A stretch of DNA of 64,000 nucleotides from an uncultured Coprobacillus sp. (lineage in GTDB: Bacteria; Bacillota_I; Bacilli_A; RFN20; CAG-826), in NCBI GenBank assembly GCA_964583155.1, contig CAZOUY010000007.1, positions 3,260-67,259 of the forward strand, in the 5' to 3' direction. Positions 29,648 to 39,163 of this stretch are shown here, piece by piece (position 1 is the first letter of the stretch; the number at the start of each line of letters is the position of its first letter). Position numbers and translations under genes: made by a program. The notes under the pieces were generated by a model that ran no database searches, was not told the origin of the DNA, and worked only from the letters and a program-made list of their open reading frames with translations.

Positions 29648-30178
29648 TTATTCCGCATCCGGTTCTGAGGCCTTTGGCTCTTCATGCTGAGTTTTATTAA
29701 AACTAGATTCTTTCTTAAAATTAGTGTTAACACTCGCTGCAGAAGATGAAGAAGATACTCGAATTGAAGATTCCTTGACGACCTTATTATGCTTTAAGCA
29801 AGCTGCGGCAATCGATAGTCCGCAAGGTAATAATGATAAGATTCCAAACGCAATTTGTCCACCAATCAATTCTATAATTCCCAATAATGCCGTTAAAATA
29901 GTTATCGTGATTAATAGGCCAAAATGACTAGCGACTTTGTCGTTCTTAATCTTTGGAGCACGACATACCAATGCACTGATAATGATAAGGAATGTTGAAA
30001 ATACAATAAGAATAATCGTTTCAACTAAAGCAATAGTCCATCCTGCAATATTCGGATTTTGCGCTTTCAATTCAAATAATTCCGCGACAAGCAAAATACC
30101 TCCTAAGCAAAGTATTGCGCCAACAATAATTCCAAAAATGCCAGCACATAATTCTAATGTTCTTTTAGTTTGATTCAT
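29648..30178 (-). CDS. hypothetical membrane protein with a Ser-rich C-terminal tail
   Basis: 176 aa with 4 TM segments and a C-terminal SSSSSAASVN low-complexity tail. Confidence 0.45.
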   Translation of the reverse strand: MNQTKRTLELCAGIFGIIVGAILCLGGILLVAELFELKAQNPNIAGWTIALVETIILIVFSTFLIIISALVCRAPKIKNDKVASHFGLLITITILTALLGIIELIGGQIAFGILSLLPCGLSIAAACLKHNKVVKESSIRVSSSSSAASVNTNFKKESSFNKTQHEEPKASEPDAE

Positions 30179-30343
30179 TTTTTAATCCTTCTTTCATATT
30201 TAATATATCATTTAAGCAAAATCATAACAACATTTATTTTTTTATTTCAAAGGCCATTTTAAGAGGATAGTAAATAAATTTTTATTTAAATCAGTATTTT
30301 TTTGCCTATGCTGGACAAAATGAAAATATAAAGGAGAAAAATA

Positions 30344-30544
30344 ATGAAACAACCACCGAAAATGTTGACACCAAAAGATTGCCTTTATTTAGAAGATTTA
30401 ATGAATGTAACTTTAACTCTATCTAAAAAAAGCAAATACTATGCAAATTTAGTAAAAGAAAAACAAATTCAAGCTTTATTCAAATCATTAGAAAGAAAAC
30501 TTAATAGCGAATATACTAAGCTATTAAATATTATTGGAGGTTAA
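30344..30544 (+). CDS. hypothetical small protein (partner of the Coat-F gene)
   Basis: 66 aa. Its stop is 3 nt before the Coat F gene start. The arrangement resembles small-plus-large Coat-F-like gene pairs of spore formers. Confidence 0.4.
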   Translation: MKQPPKMLTPKDCLYLEDLMNVTLTLSKKSKYYANLVKEKQIQALFKSLERKLNSEYTKLLNIIGG

Positions 30545-30546
30545 TC

Positions 30547-30864
30547 ATGGCGTCAGAAAAACAAGAAATTAAAAACCCAAAGGCAAATCCAGGACCTGAA
30601 AAACAATGGAACGATCACGATATGATCATGGATGTTTTAACTAGTGTCAAAGGGTTGATGAACATTTATCACACCTTTGCTAGTGAGGCAAGCAATAATG
30701 AATTATATAATAAGATTCATACCCTCTATAATGAGCTTTCAACGCTTCAAAGAACCCTCTTTGATATGATGTTTGAAAAGGGCTGGTATGTCTTAGAAAC
30801 TACCCCACAAAATAAAATTCAAAAGAAGGTCAAGCAGTTTACACAGTTGGGAAATCAGCTTTAA
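30547..30864 (+). CDS. spore coat protein, Coat F domain
   Basis: ...HDMIMDVLTSVKGLMNIYHTFASEASNNELYNKIHTLYNELSTLQRTLFDMMFEKGWY matches the Coat_F pattern (histidine-containing helical hairpin, ..GWY near the end). Confidence 0.65.
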   Translation: MASEKQEIKNPKANPGPEKQWNDHDMIMDVLTSVKGLMNIYHTFASEASNNELYNKIHTLYNELSTLQRTLFDMMFEKGWYVLETTPQNKIQKKVKQFTQLGNQL

Positions 30865-30923
30865 ATAAATCATTTATTTTAAGTTCAATTTTTGATAAAC
30901 TATCCATATAGATTCAAGAAAAG

Positions 30924-31376
30924 GTGAATAATATGGATCAACAAAATATTGAAACAAATGAAGAAATAGAGGAAGAAAAAAAGGAGACACCTCAAAAAAA
31001 GAAAAATGCGATCGAAGCTTTAAAGTTTCTATGCTTTTCTTTATCGGCAGGATTAATCCAAATCGGTAGTGATGCTCTAATGCTGGAGGTTTTGCATTTT
31101 AAAGCTTGGCTTTCTTATTTGATTGCTCTTATCCTCTCGGTACTTTGGAATTTTACATTGAATAGGAAATACACTTTCCATTCTGCCAGTAATGTGCCGA
31201 TTGCAATGCTGAAGGTCGCTATTTATTATGCGGTCTTTACACCATTATCAACATGGTGGACTCATCAATTGGTCGATGTTGCTCTATGGAATGAATATTT
31301 GGTTTTAGGCATCACCATGGTAATTAACTTTATCACCGAATTCCTCTATCAAAAATTTTACGTTTTCCGAAAATAA
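30924..31376 (+). CDS. GtrA family membrane protein
   Basis: 150 aa with 4 TM segments and the ...WNFTLNRKYTFH motif typical of GtrA-like proteins. Acidic N-terminal tail. Confidence 0.65.
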   Translation: MNNMDQQNIETNEEIEEEKKETPQKKKNAIEALKFLCFSLSAGLIQIGSDALMLEVLHFKAWLSYLIALILSVLWNFTLNRKYTFHSASNVPIAMLKVAIYYAVFTPLSTWWTHQLVDVALWNEYLVLGITMVINFITEFLYQKFYVFRK

Positions 31377-31435
31377 AAAACTTGATAGATTATGATTTTA
31401 TAAACTAAGGGATCATAATCATCAAGTTTTTTTAA

Positions 31436-31603
31436 TTAACGTTTGTATTTCTTATGGTATTCCGAAACCATTTTTTTATTCTTTTGCGCACAGCATGCAC
31501 ATTCGCCAGTGGGCATATGCTTGGTTTTTTTATAGATATAACGGGCTACTACTCCACCTACAATGGCGATCGCGCCAACGATAACGAGAGCCTCAATAAG
31601 CAT
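31436..31603 (-). CDS. FeoB-associated Cys-rich membrane peptide (not in the ORF track, 55 aa)
   Basis: Hand translation: MLIEALVIVGAIAIVGGVVARYIYKKTKHMPTGECACCAQKNKKMVSEYHKKYKR. The ATG immediately follows the feoB TAG stop, with the RBS AAGGAG inside the last feoB codons. One TM helix plus a C..CC motif matches the small protein family typically found downstream of feoB. Confidence 0.6.
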   Translation of the reverse strand: MLIEALVIVGAIAIVGGVVARYIYKKTKHMPTGECACCAQKNKKMVSEYHKKYKR

Positions 31604-33862
31604 CTATAATTCTCCTTTTAATTTTTTCATATCCACTTGGCGATTGTGGTGAACAATTAAGAAGATAGCCAAAGCAATTAAGGCGATAAAGATAAAAACG
31701 GTATACCAATAAGTTCCAATTAAATAAATCATCATGGAAACTAAATAGGAAGTAACTAACCAAAAGACAACCATTGATCTAAACTTACCTTTTGGTAATT
31801 CCGCTTTAGCAGTAGCACATGCCGCAAAGCAAGGAATTGTTGTCATATTGAAGGCAATGAATGATAGAAGCGCCGGTAATGTTATTCCGGTCATCGTAAT
31901 CATCGCTTTTGTCGCTTCTAATCCTTCGATCACTTCTTCTTCGGGAGCCACAAATCCCGCGACGATAGCGGCCGCTAAAGTTCCAAAAGTACCGATAACA
32001 TTTTCTTTGGCAATTAATCCAGTAATCGCAGCGACGGCAAATACCCAACCGGACTTGGCAAGCTGTGAACCAAAACCAAGCGGTGTAAATAATGGTTGTA
32101 TTAATTGTCCTAAAGAGGTCAAGATGGACTGACTGGATTCGGAATCATCTAAGAAGCGATAATCCCATGAGAAATGTTGTAAAAACCAAATAACGATCGT
32201 CGAAGCTAAAATGATAGTGAATGCTTTTTTAACAAAGTGCTTGGTTTTATCCCACAAATGAAGCATCAATGATTTAAATTGCGGCCAGTGATAAGCAGGA
32301 AGCTCCATAATGAATGGTGGCACCTCGCCTCTCATAACCGTATTTCGCATTAAAATAACAGCAACAATGGCCGTAACCATTCCTAAGACATACATTCCAA
32401 AGGTTATAAGATCGACATTACCGACTTCAAAGAGCGATACTATTCCTCCCGCAATAGCGGTTAAAATCGGAAGCTTTGCCCCACAAGAGAAGAACGGAAT
32501 AACACGGATTGTCGCGATTTTTTCGTTATCATCAGCCAATGTCCGCGTATTAATCATTGCCGGAACTGAGCAACCAAAGCCCATGATCATCGGCATAAAG
32601 GCACGACCTGAGAGACCAAATCTTCGGAAAATACGATCTAAAATGAAGGCAACACGCGCCATATATCCTGTGTCTTCCAAAATGGAGAAGAACAAGAATA
32701 AGCACAAGATCTGTGGTAAAAAGCCAATTACGGCGAATAGTCCTTCTAAGATACCATCGCAAATAAAGGCCTGAACCCAAGGAGAGGCTGATGAAAGCCA
32801 TCCTCGGAAGAGATCGTTTATCAATCCCGTTATAGAATTTGTAAAATTAGCAAGAATGACACCCGGTGAATTAAGACCTCCATTGAAGAATAAGCCTTCA
32901 AAAGCGGTACCTGGGAATGTGACAAAGTCAAAAGCTCCTAAGGCGTTTAAATAGAATAAATCTTCACTGAATGTTAAATGGAAAATAAGGAATAATATCA
33001 ATAAGAAGATCGGAATTCCCGCCCATTTATTGGTTAAGACACGATCGATACGATCTGATTTCGTTAACTTCTGTTTCCCGGCTTCTTTTTTGGTTAATGT
33101 CGGAGCATAATTTTTCGAAATATATTTATAACGAGCATCGGCGATTAATGCTTCTAAATCATCGCCGAATATTTCGTCTTTAAAGCTCTCTTTAAACTTT
33201 TCAACAATTTCATTCAATTCCGGATGATTATTTACTTCAATTTCATCTTTTTCAATCAATTTAATGGAATGAAACAAAGGATGAAGAACCTTTTCATCTT
33301 GGAAAGCTTTTTCAACATCCTTGATCAAGCTCACCAATTTAGGATTCTCAATAACCGTTGAGCCTTTTCTCTCCTTTAAAGATGCCTGATAGGCAACTTG
33401 CATTAATTCATCCAAATTAGTTTCACGCAAAGCGGAAATTTCCACAACCGGAACTCCTAAGCGTTTTTCTAATTCATGAACATTGATTTTATCGCCCTGT
33501 TGATGCAAAACGTCGCTCATATTCAAAGCGATAACAATTGGGATATCAATTTCCAATAATTGTGTTGTCAAATAGAGATTTCTTTCTAAATTGGTCGCAT
33601 CAACAATGTTGATTATACAATCGGGACTATCATCTAAAAGGTAATTACGGGAAATAACTTCCTCTGAAGTATAGGGAGATAACGAATAAATTCCCGGTAA
33701 GTCAACGATATTAATCGGTTCCTCACACTTTTTATAAGTTCCTTCCTTTTTATCAACGGTTACACCAGGCCAATTGCCAACGTGAGCGGTTGATCCGGTT
33801 AAAGAGTTGAATAATGTCGTTTTACCTGAGTTAGGATTACCTGCTAGTGCAAAGTGCTTCAT
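31604..33862 (-). CDS. feoB: ferrous iron transport protein B
   Basis: N-terminal G-domain (AGNPNSGKTTLFNSLTG, DLPGIYSL, NMSD) followed by a large polytopic permease domain. 752 aa. Confidence 0.95.
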   Translation of the reverse strand: MKHFALAGNPNSGKTTLFNSLTGSTAHVGNWPGVTVDKKEGTYKKCEEPINIVDLPGIYSLSPYTSEEVISRNYLLDDSPDCIINIVDATNLERNLYLTTQLLEIDIPIVIALNMSDVLHQQGDKINVHELEKRLGVPVVEISALRETNLDELMQVAYQASLKERKGSTVIENPKLVSLIKDVEKAFQDEKVLHPLFHSIKLIEKDEIEVNNHPELNEIVEKFKESFKDEIFGDDLEALIADARYKYISKNYAPTLTKKEAGKQKLTKSDRIDRVLTNKWAGIPIFLLILFLIFHLTFSEDLFYLNALGAFDFVTFPGTAFEGLFFNGGLNSPGVILANFTNSITGLINDLFRGWLSSASPWVQAFICDGILEGLFAVIGFLPQILCLFLFFSILEDTGYMARVAFILDRIFRRFGLSGRAFMPMIMGFGCSVPAMINTRTLADDNEKIATIRVIPFFSCGAKLPILTAIAGGIVSLFEVGNVDLITFGMYVLGMVTAIVAVILMRNTVMRGEVPPFIMELPAYHWPQFKSLMLHLWDKTKHFVKKAFTIILASTIVIWFLQHFSWDYRFLDDSESSQSILTSLGQLIQPLFTPLGFGSQLAKSGWVFAVAAITGLIAKENVIGTFGTLAAAIVAGFVAPEEEVIEGLEATKAMITMTGITLPALLSFIAFNMTTIPCFAACATAKAELPKGKFRSMVVFWLVTSYLVSMMIYLIGTYWYTVFIFIALIALAIFLIVHHNRQVDMKKLKGEL

Positions 33863-34122
33863 TGCTTATCATCTCCTTCAACTTCGGTCGTTACAAGGCG
33901 AGCTTCATTCTTTCGCAATGTCAATTCATACCCTCTGATGATTACCTCAATAGGGTCACCGAATGGGGCTTTTTTGCGAAGAGTAACACTGGCTCCTAAT
34001 GTAACTCCCATATCAAATAAGCGACGACGGAGTTTTCCTTCGCCATCAACCTTTACAATTAGGCCAGTCTCGCCTAATTCGAACTCATCTAGTTTTTTTA
34101 GCATACTTATCCTTCCTTTCAT
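33859..34122 (-). CDS. feoA: FeoA family protein
   Basis: 87 aa SH3-like FeoA (LGETGLIVKV...RLFDMGVTLGASVTL). Overlaps the feoB start. Confidence 0.85.
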   Translation of the reverse strand: MKGRISMLKKLDEFELGETGLIVKVDGEGKLRRRLFDMGVTLGASVTLRKKAPFGDPIEVIIRGYELTLRKNEARLVTTEVEGDDKQ

Positions 34123-34334
34123 TACGCTACTAGAATTTTGATAGCCATATTCTGATCAAGAGCTAATCTTCCATCCTTCACCATAAGAATAACGCTACCA
34201 TTAGCTTTCGAAATCAAGCGTACTGTCGTATCTAAAGTCAAACCCAAACTTTCTAAATGTTTTTTCACTTTTTCATCCACCAATATTTTGATAATTCGTA
34301 AGTCGGTGTTTAATGGTGCTAATAGCAATGGCAT
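34122..34334 (-). CDS. feoA: FeoA family protein (second copy)
   Basis: 70 aa FeoA-like (LNTDLRIIKI...HLESLGLTLDTTVRLI). RBS GGGAGG. Confidence 0.8.
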   Translation of the reverse strand: MPLLLAPLNTDLRIIKILVDEKVKKHLESLGLTLDTTVRLISKANGSVILMVKDGRLALDQNMAIKILVA

Positions 34335-34352
34335 AAAGATTACCTCCCTTTA

Positions 34353-34372
34353 TGGTTAGCCCTCGCTAACCA
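34353..34372. promoter_or_regulatory. candidate metalloregulator operator: palindrome TGGTTAGC-CCTC-GCTAACCA in the feoA 5' leader
   Basis: Perfect 8-bp inverted repeat seen directly in the sequence. It sits between the predicted -10 and the RBS of feoA. The half-sites resemble DtxR/IdeR iron-box halves (GGTTAG / CTAACC) but are separated by 6 nt between TTAG and CTAA. Confidence 0.4.
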
Positions 34373-34378
34373 ATACTG

Positions 34379-34407
34379 ATTATATGCTCTCTTGATTTCA
34401 ATTACAA
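34379..34407 (-). promoter_or_regulatory. sigma-70-like promoter of the feoA-feoA-feoB operon
   Basis: Minus strand reads TTGTAA - 17 nt - TATAAT, about 45 nt upstream of the feoA start. Confidence 0.45.
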
Positions 34408-34422
34408 TAGTTTTTTTATAAA

Positions 34423-34442
34423 AAGTTAGTTATTTCTAACTT
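34423..34442. promoter_or_regulatory. second palindrome AAGTTAG-TTATTT-CTAACTT upstream of the feoA -35
   Basis: Perfect 7-bp inverted repeat. It has the same GTTAG-N6-CTAAC core spacing as the palindrome at 34353-34372. Confidence 0.35.
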
Positions 34443-34474
34443 AACATCAAAAGAAAAAACGGCCGTGCCGTTTC

Positions 34475-34849
34475 TTATTTCTTACGATTTTTTAAAACAT
34501 ACTTTTTTATGGACTCAAAGGAAACATCACTCAAGTCGTGTTCAATTTTGCAAGCATCTATCAATGACTGTTCTTTTGAAACTCCTAACGCCATAAGAGC
34601 CTCCGAAAGAATTAGATGCCGATCATAAGTTTTAGATGCCACCTCATATCCTTGATCAGTAAGCACAATACTACCATCTTTTTCGACGATAATATATCCA
34701 TTTTCGCGCAATTTTTTCATAGCCACACTCACGCTGGCTTTCGAAAAATTCATATCATTTGCAATATCAATAGAACGAACAGAACCCTTTCTTTCTTTGA
34801 TGATAAGTATTCTTTCTAAGTAATCCTCAGCTGATTCATATAGTTTCAT
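34475..34849 (-). CDS. DtxR/MntR family metal-dependent transcriptional regulator
   Basis: N-terminal winged HTH (EDYLERILIIKERKGSVRSIDIANDMNFSKASVSVAMKKLRENGYI) plus a dimerisation/metal-binding domain. No SH3 domain. 124 aa. A hairpin plus T-run at about 34446-34468 serves as its terminator. Confidence 0.8.
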   Translation of the reverse strand: MKLYESAEDYLERILIIKERKGSVRSIDIANDMNFSKASVSVAMKKLRENGYIIVEKDGSIVLTDQGYEVASKTYDRHLILSEALMALGVSKEQSLIDACKIEHDLSDVSFESIKKYVLKNRKK

Positions 34850-34899
34850 CTGTCTCTCACCTCGTTTTGATAATTAAGTGCCTTTTCATTAAATGCAAA

Positions 34900-34976
34900 T
34901 GGCGCGCCCGACACGATTCGAACGTGCGACCCCAACCTTCGGAGGGTTGTACTCTATCCAACTGAGCTACGGGCGC
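34900..34976 (-). tRNA. tRNA-Arg (anticodon CCG)
   Basis: Reverse complement is GCGCCCG-TA-GCTCAGTTGGATAGAGT-A-CAACC-CTCCGAA-GGTTG-GGGTC-GCACG-TTCGAAT-CGTGT-CGGGCGC-G-CCA. 77 nt. Confidence 0.85.
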
Positions 34977-35024
34977 ATGATTACGCCCTTTATTTTAGCA
35001 CGATAAAGCTTAGTGAGCAACATT

Positions 35025-35774
35025 TCATGATTTCCTTTTTTGTAATCGATATCCAATTTTCGCTAAAAAGCGATCGCTCACAAAGCGCGTCATAAATTTG
35101 CTGGTTTTTATTAAAGCTCCCGGAATAATAATCGTTTTGCCTTTTAGAAGCTTTTTAATGGCATAGCGGGCAACCCTTTCACTAGAAAGGCTTTGGATTT
35201 CAAACCTGACATTCGCAACATCATTAAATTCTGTCTTCACCGGTCCCGGACATAAAACTGCGACAGAAATTGGAAGATTCATCTTTCGCAATTCTTCGTT
35301 TAAAGAGACAGAAAGATGGTAAACGTAGGCTTTGGTAGCGTAGTATTCCGCCATTAAAGGCCCAAAGGTAAACGCGGCTGCTGAGGCTACATTTAAAATT
35401 TTGCCTTCCCTTTGGTTAATGAACTTTTCGATAAAAAGACGGCATAAAATGGTTAAGGCCTCAATATTGACCGCTATCATATCTTCCATTTTTTGCGTAT
35501 CGATTTTAGAAAATGGGCCGTAATCTCCCCATCCCGCATTATTAATCAAAAGACTAATCGGAAGATCCTTAACTAGCTCGAATAATTTATAACAATTTTC
35601 TTTAATGGATAAATCAAATGGATAAATCTTCACTTCCGTATTCAGCGTTTCCTTGAGCGATTGCAATCTTTCTTCACGGCGCGCCACTAAAACCAGATTA
35701 TATCCTTTTTCCGAGAGAATTTTAGCCATATCATAGCCAATACCGGAACTTGCACCTGTAATAAGAGCCCACAT
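35025..35774 (-). CDS. SDR family oxidoreductase
   Basis: TGASSGIG motif. 249 aa. Confidence 0.8.
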   Translation of the reverse strand: MWALITGASSGIGYDMAKILSEKGYNLVLVARREERLQSLKETLNTEVKIYPFDLSIKENCYKLFELVKDLPISLLINNAGWGDYGPFSKIDTQKMEDMIAVNIEALTILCRLFIEKFINQREGKILNVASAAAFTFGPLMAEYYATKAYVYHLSVSLNEELRKMNLPISVAVLCPGPVKTEFNDVANVRFEIQSLSSERVARYAIKKLLKGKTIIIPGALIKTSKFMTRFVSDRFLAKIGYRLQKRKS

Positions 35775-35943
35775 TTTTTATCACCTCTATAGTCTTATAT
35801 TATCACGCCTTTCCCAACTAATTAAAGGCGATTTCCATTTTATAATTCATTTTAATTTACTTTATCAATATTGACATAAACAGCCTAATATAGTAAAAAA
35901 ATATTGTATTCTGCTTAAATAATTTGTCGAAAGGAAATATTTT

Positions 35944-37212
35944 ATGAAGAAGAGATTGTTTTTTCGAAGAAGCACTTTACTGATCTGCGGATTCTCATCA
36001 TTATTATGTGCTTGTGGCCATGAAACTATCCAATACACCAAATCGGAAACGCTAAATGTTACGATGATTGATAATCTGCCGGATGATTTTATTCTCGGAA
36101 TGGATGCATCATCAACTATTTCTTTAGAGAATAGTGGCGTCAAATATTATGATTTCGAAGGTGAAGAAAAAGATGTTTTTGAAACGCTATCACGCTGTGG
36201 AATCAATTATATTCGGGTCCGGGTTTGGAACGATCCATATGATCGTGATGGCCATGGCTATGGTGGCGGAAATTGCGATATTAACACCGCTATTAAAATC
36301 GGCAAAAGAGCCACGGCTTATGGAATGAAGATGCTGGTGGATTTCCATTATAGTGATTTTTGGGCCGATCCCGCTAAGCAAAGCGCTCCTAAGGCTTGGA
36401 TAAATCTATCGATTGATGATAAAGCCAATGCTCTTTTCGACTATACGATTGATTGCTTAAAAAAATTGAAAGCCGCTAATATTGAGGTGGGAATGATACA
36501 GGTCGGTAATGAAACAAATGGTATGCTATGTGGTGAAACTGATTGGCATAATATTTGTCAATTAATGCAAGCTGGATCGGAAGCATGTCGCCGCGTTTAT
36601 AAAGATGCCCTCGTTGCAGTTCACTTTACTAATCCGGAAGTGACATCAAGCTACGATTACTATGCTTCGATGCTATCTTCAAATAATGTCGATTATGATG
36701 TCTTTTCTTCATCGTATTATCCTTATTGGCACGGGACATTGGATAATCTTTCCCTCGTTCTTTCAAATGTTGCCACCAAATACAATAAAAAAGTTATGGT
36801 GGCTGAAACATCATACTGCTATACCAGTGAAGACCACGATTTTTTTGCCAATACCATTTCCAAACCGATGGCTATAACTGAAAAATATCCTTATTCGGTG
36901 CAAGGACAAGCGGATTGTGTACGGGACACCATCGATACGATCGTCAATAAGACTAAAAACGGTATCGGTGTCTTCTATTGGGAAGGAACATGGATTCCGG
37001 TTGGAACCAATTCTTGGGAAGAAAACAAAAACATATGGGAAGAATATGGCTCCGGTTGGGCTTCTTCATATTCCGTTGAATACGATCCGGAAGATGCCGG
37101 CGTTTATTATGGTGGCTGCGCGGTCGATAATCAAGCTCTTTTTGATCAAGATGGAAAGCCCTTGGAATCGCTTAAATTATTTAACTTAATAAAAACAGGA
37201 AATATAATTTAA
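35944..37212 (+). CDS. glycoside hydrolase family 53 arabinogalactan endo-beta-1,4-galactanase, lipoprotein
   Basis: Lipoprotein signal with lipobox (LLCAC). GH53-type (beta/alpha)8 region (GMDASSTISLENSGVKYYD...INYIRVRVWNDP...VQVGNETNGML...VAETSY). Confidence 0.8.
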   Translation: MKKRLFFRRSTLLICGFSSLLCACGHETIQYTKSETLNVTMIDNLPDDFILGMDASSTISLENSGVKYYDFEGEEKDVFETLSRCGINYIRVRVWNDPYDRDGHGYGGGNCDINTAIKIGKRATAYGMKMLVDFHYSDFWADPAKQSAPKAWINLSIDDKANALFDYTIDCLKKLKAANIEVGMIQVGNETNGMLCGETDWHNICQLMQAGSEACRRVYKDALVAVHFTNPEVTSSYDYYASMLSSNNVDYDVFSSSYYPYWHGTLDNLSLVLSNVATKYNKKVMVAETSYCYTSEDHDFFANTISKPMAITEKYPYSVQGQADCVRDTIDTIVNKTKNGIGVFYWEGTWIPVGTNSWEENKNIWEEYGSGWASSYSVEYDPEDAGVYYGGCAVDNQALFDQDGKPLESLKLFNLIKTGNII

Positions 37213-37269
37213 ATAAAAAAACAATATAAAAGGCTATTGAATGGTTTGATATTCAATAGCCTGTTTTTG

Positions 37270-38322
37270 TTAACGTAATCTTCTTCGAGATTTTGGTCGA
37301 TTAGCGATTTCGTATACGTAATCCAAATATCCATAGTTTATAGCGACAAAGCCCATGAAAAATGATGTAAGGCTTGCCACTTCATATGGCGATCTTAAAT
37401 ACCTTGAAGGAATTTTACTCGGATGAAGACCACATACTCTTTTTTCTGAATCATATTTAGTAAATATATTGATCAATAGTCCGATTGTCACGGGTACAAA
37501 CATCAGCCATCCCAATAAAAAGAAAAGCAACGTTTTCCAAGTAAAGAAATAGAATGTCGTTTCCTTAGTTTCGGTTTTACTATCAACCTTTTCCCAACCC
37601 TCGGAGCTAAAGAATATCCCTTCATTCTTTTGATATTTATAAGTATCGGTAACCGTAGTTTGGCTATCCGTTGCAGAGAATCCTATTTGTACTTTATTAA
37701 TCAACAAAAATACAATTGCTAATAAAATATAAGCAACAAAGGGGACGAGAAAGCCTAATACTGAGTCTTCTAAGTACACCAATAAATATTTCATGTATAT
37801 TATAAATCCTGGTATCGAAATAATAAATGAGATAATCCATAGCAATAATCCTTTCAACAAGGCGCGTACTTTCCGACCTTTTAAATGCTTTAAGTATTTA
37901 GCAAAGGCAGAATCCGTCTTTTTTCGATGACGAAGCTCCTCTTTTCTTTGCCGTTTGAGTCTTCTTTTTTCTTTTCTTGACATGCGATATTCTTCACCAT
38001 ATTCCAAATAATCACGCAAGTATTTGTAGCTTATAATATCGCAAATTCCAAAGATACCACCTGATAGCAACATGATGATTGTAAAAGTCAGCATAACCCC
38101 TCGCATAAATCTATTGGTTGGGGCTAATAATACCGCGATGAAGTTAAAGGAACCCAACGCCAAAAATGCTAAACCTGCATAAAATAAAACCTTCAAGGCC
38201 TGATTATCAGAGTTATTACCGCTAAAAGTCATTACTAACGCTATAATTAATGAAACTATACCCGGTAATAAAAATATCATTGTTCCGATAATCCCATAAG
38301 TCAAAAATTTTGTTTTTCTCAT
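37270..38322 (-). CDS. hypothetical polytopic membrane protein with a K/R/E-rich cytoplasmic loop
   Basis: 350 aa with about 8 TM segments and a central charged segment RMSRKEKRRLKRQRKEELRHRKK. Confidence 0.45.
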   Translation of the reverse strand: MRKTKFLTYGIIGTMIFLLPGIVSLIIALVMTFSGNNSDNQALKVLFYAGLAFLALGSFNFIAVLLAPTNRFMRGVMLTFTIIMLLSGGIFGICDIISYKYLRDYLEYGEEYRMSRKEKRRLKRQRKEELRHRKKTDSAFAKYLKHLKGRKVRALLKGLLLWIISFIISIPGFIIYMKYLLVYLEDSVLGFLVPFVAYILLAIVFLLINKVQIGFSATDSQTTVTDTYKYQKNEGIFFSSEGWEKVDSKTETKETTFYFFTWKTLLFFLLGWLMFVPVTIGLLINIFTKYDSEKRVCGLHPSKIPSRYLRSPYEVASLTSFFMGFVAINYGYLDYVYEIANRPKSRRRLR

Positions 38323-38641
38323 ACTTTATTCCTTTTCTTTCAAATACTTTATTTCTTTTATTATTATATGGCGAGAAAAAAAAGTAAGCAAGAATTATCC
38401 TGTTCAATTTGACTTTGATTCGCTCCTTTAGCAAGCGTATTTTAGGGATTTAGTGAGATTATTTTTGATCTTTATCGCTTAACAAATGAGTAATAAAATC
38501 TCGATTGCCGATTTCTAAACATAGCATTTGATGACCAACCTGGTCACGGCCCGTTTTTATATTTCGTTTACTTCATACAATTTCTTCAAAACACTCATTG
38601 ATACCTCATGCATAAGTCATAAATTTATCATTATTTCAATA

Positions 38642-38668
38642 TAAAAAAGTCACTCGTTTAGAAGTGAC
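38642..38668 (-). terminator. rho-independent terminator after tRNA-Arg(CCU)
   Basis: Minus-strand hairpin GTCACT-(8 nt)-AGTGAC followed by TTTTTT. Confidence 0.5.
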
Positions 38669-38680
38669 ATTTTAACTAAT

Positions 38681-38758
38681 TGGCGTCGGATCCCGGGCTC
38701 GAACCGGGGGCCTTCCGCTTAGGAGGCGGACGCTCATATCCAACTGAGCTAACCCGAC
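38681..38758 (-). tRNA. tRNA-Arg (anticodon CCU)
   Basis: Reverse complement is GTCGGGT-TA-GCTCAGTTGGATATGAGC-G-TCCGC-CTCCTAA-GCGGA-AGGCC-CCCGG-TTCGAGC-CCGGG-ATCCGAC-G-CCA. Confidence 0.85.
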
Positions 38759-39163
38759 AAATCCAAACTACGATTGATAATTAATGCACAAATATCCCCA
38801 TAAGAGAATAGAGCGATTCCGCAAGTTGATTCTAACATTTTTTAATTACCTCTTTCAAGATCTTTAATCGCTCATATGGGAAGGGTGCTTTCTTCGGGAA
38901 TATCTAATTATTTCCTAGCAATAACGACCTTTTTTAACAATTCGCGATATTTATTAACAGATACTAAACAATATTTTAATGTTATTCAACATAAAAATAA
39001 TTTAAAATTTATAAAAATTAATATGATTTTAGCCATTGTAATCGCTTTCTTTTTGTCTTATTATTAATATATAAAGAAATATCTTATAAAATATATTTTT
39101 TGATTGTAGATAAAATTATTTATCTAGTGAATCAATCATTATTAAGGAAAGGAGCAATATTTT

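Noticed and set aside
34353-34372. Calling the feoA leader palindrome a canonical DtxR/IdeR iron box.
   Set aside because: The half-sites are similar, but the centre is 5 bp longer than the 19-bp iron-box consensus. It is reported only as a candidate variant operator, not as a confirmed iron box.
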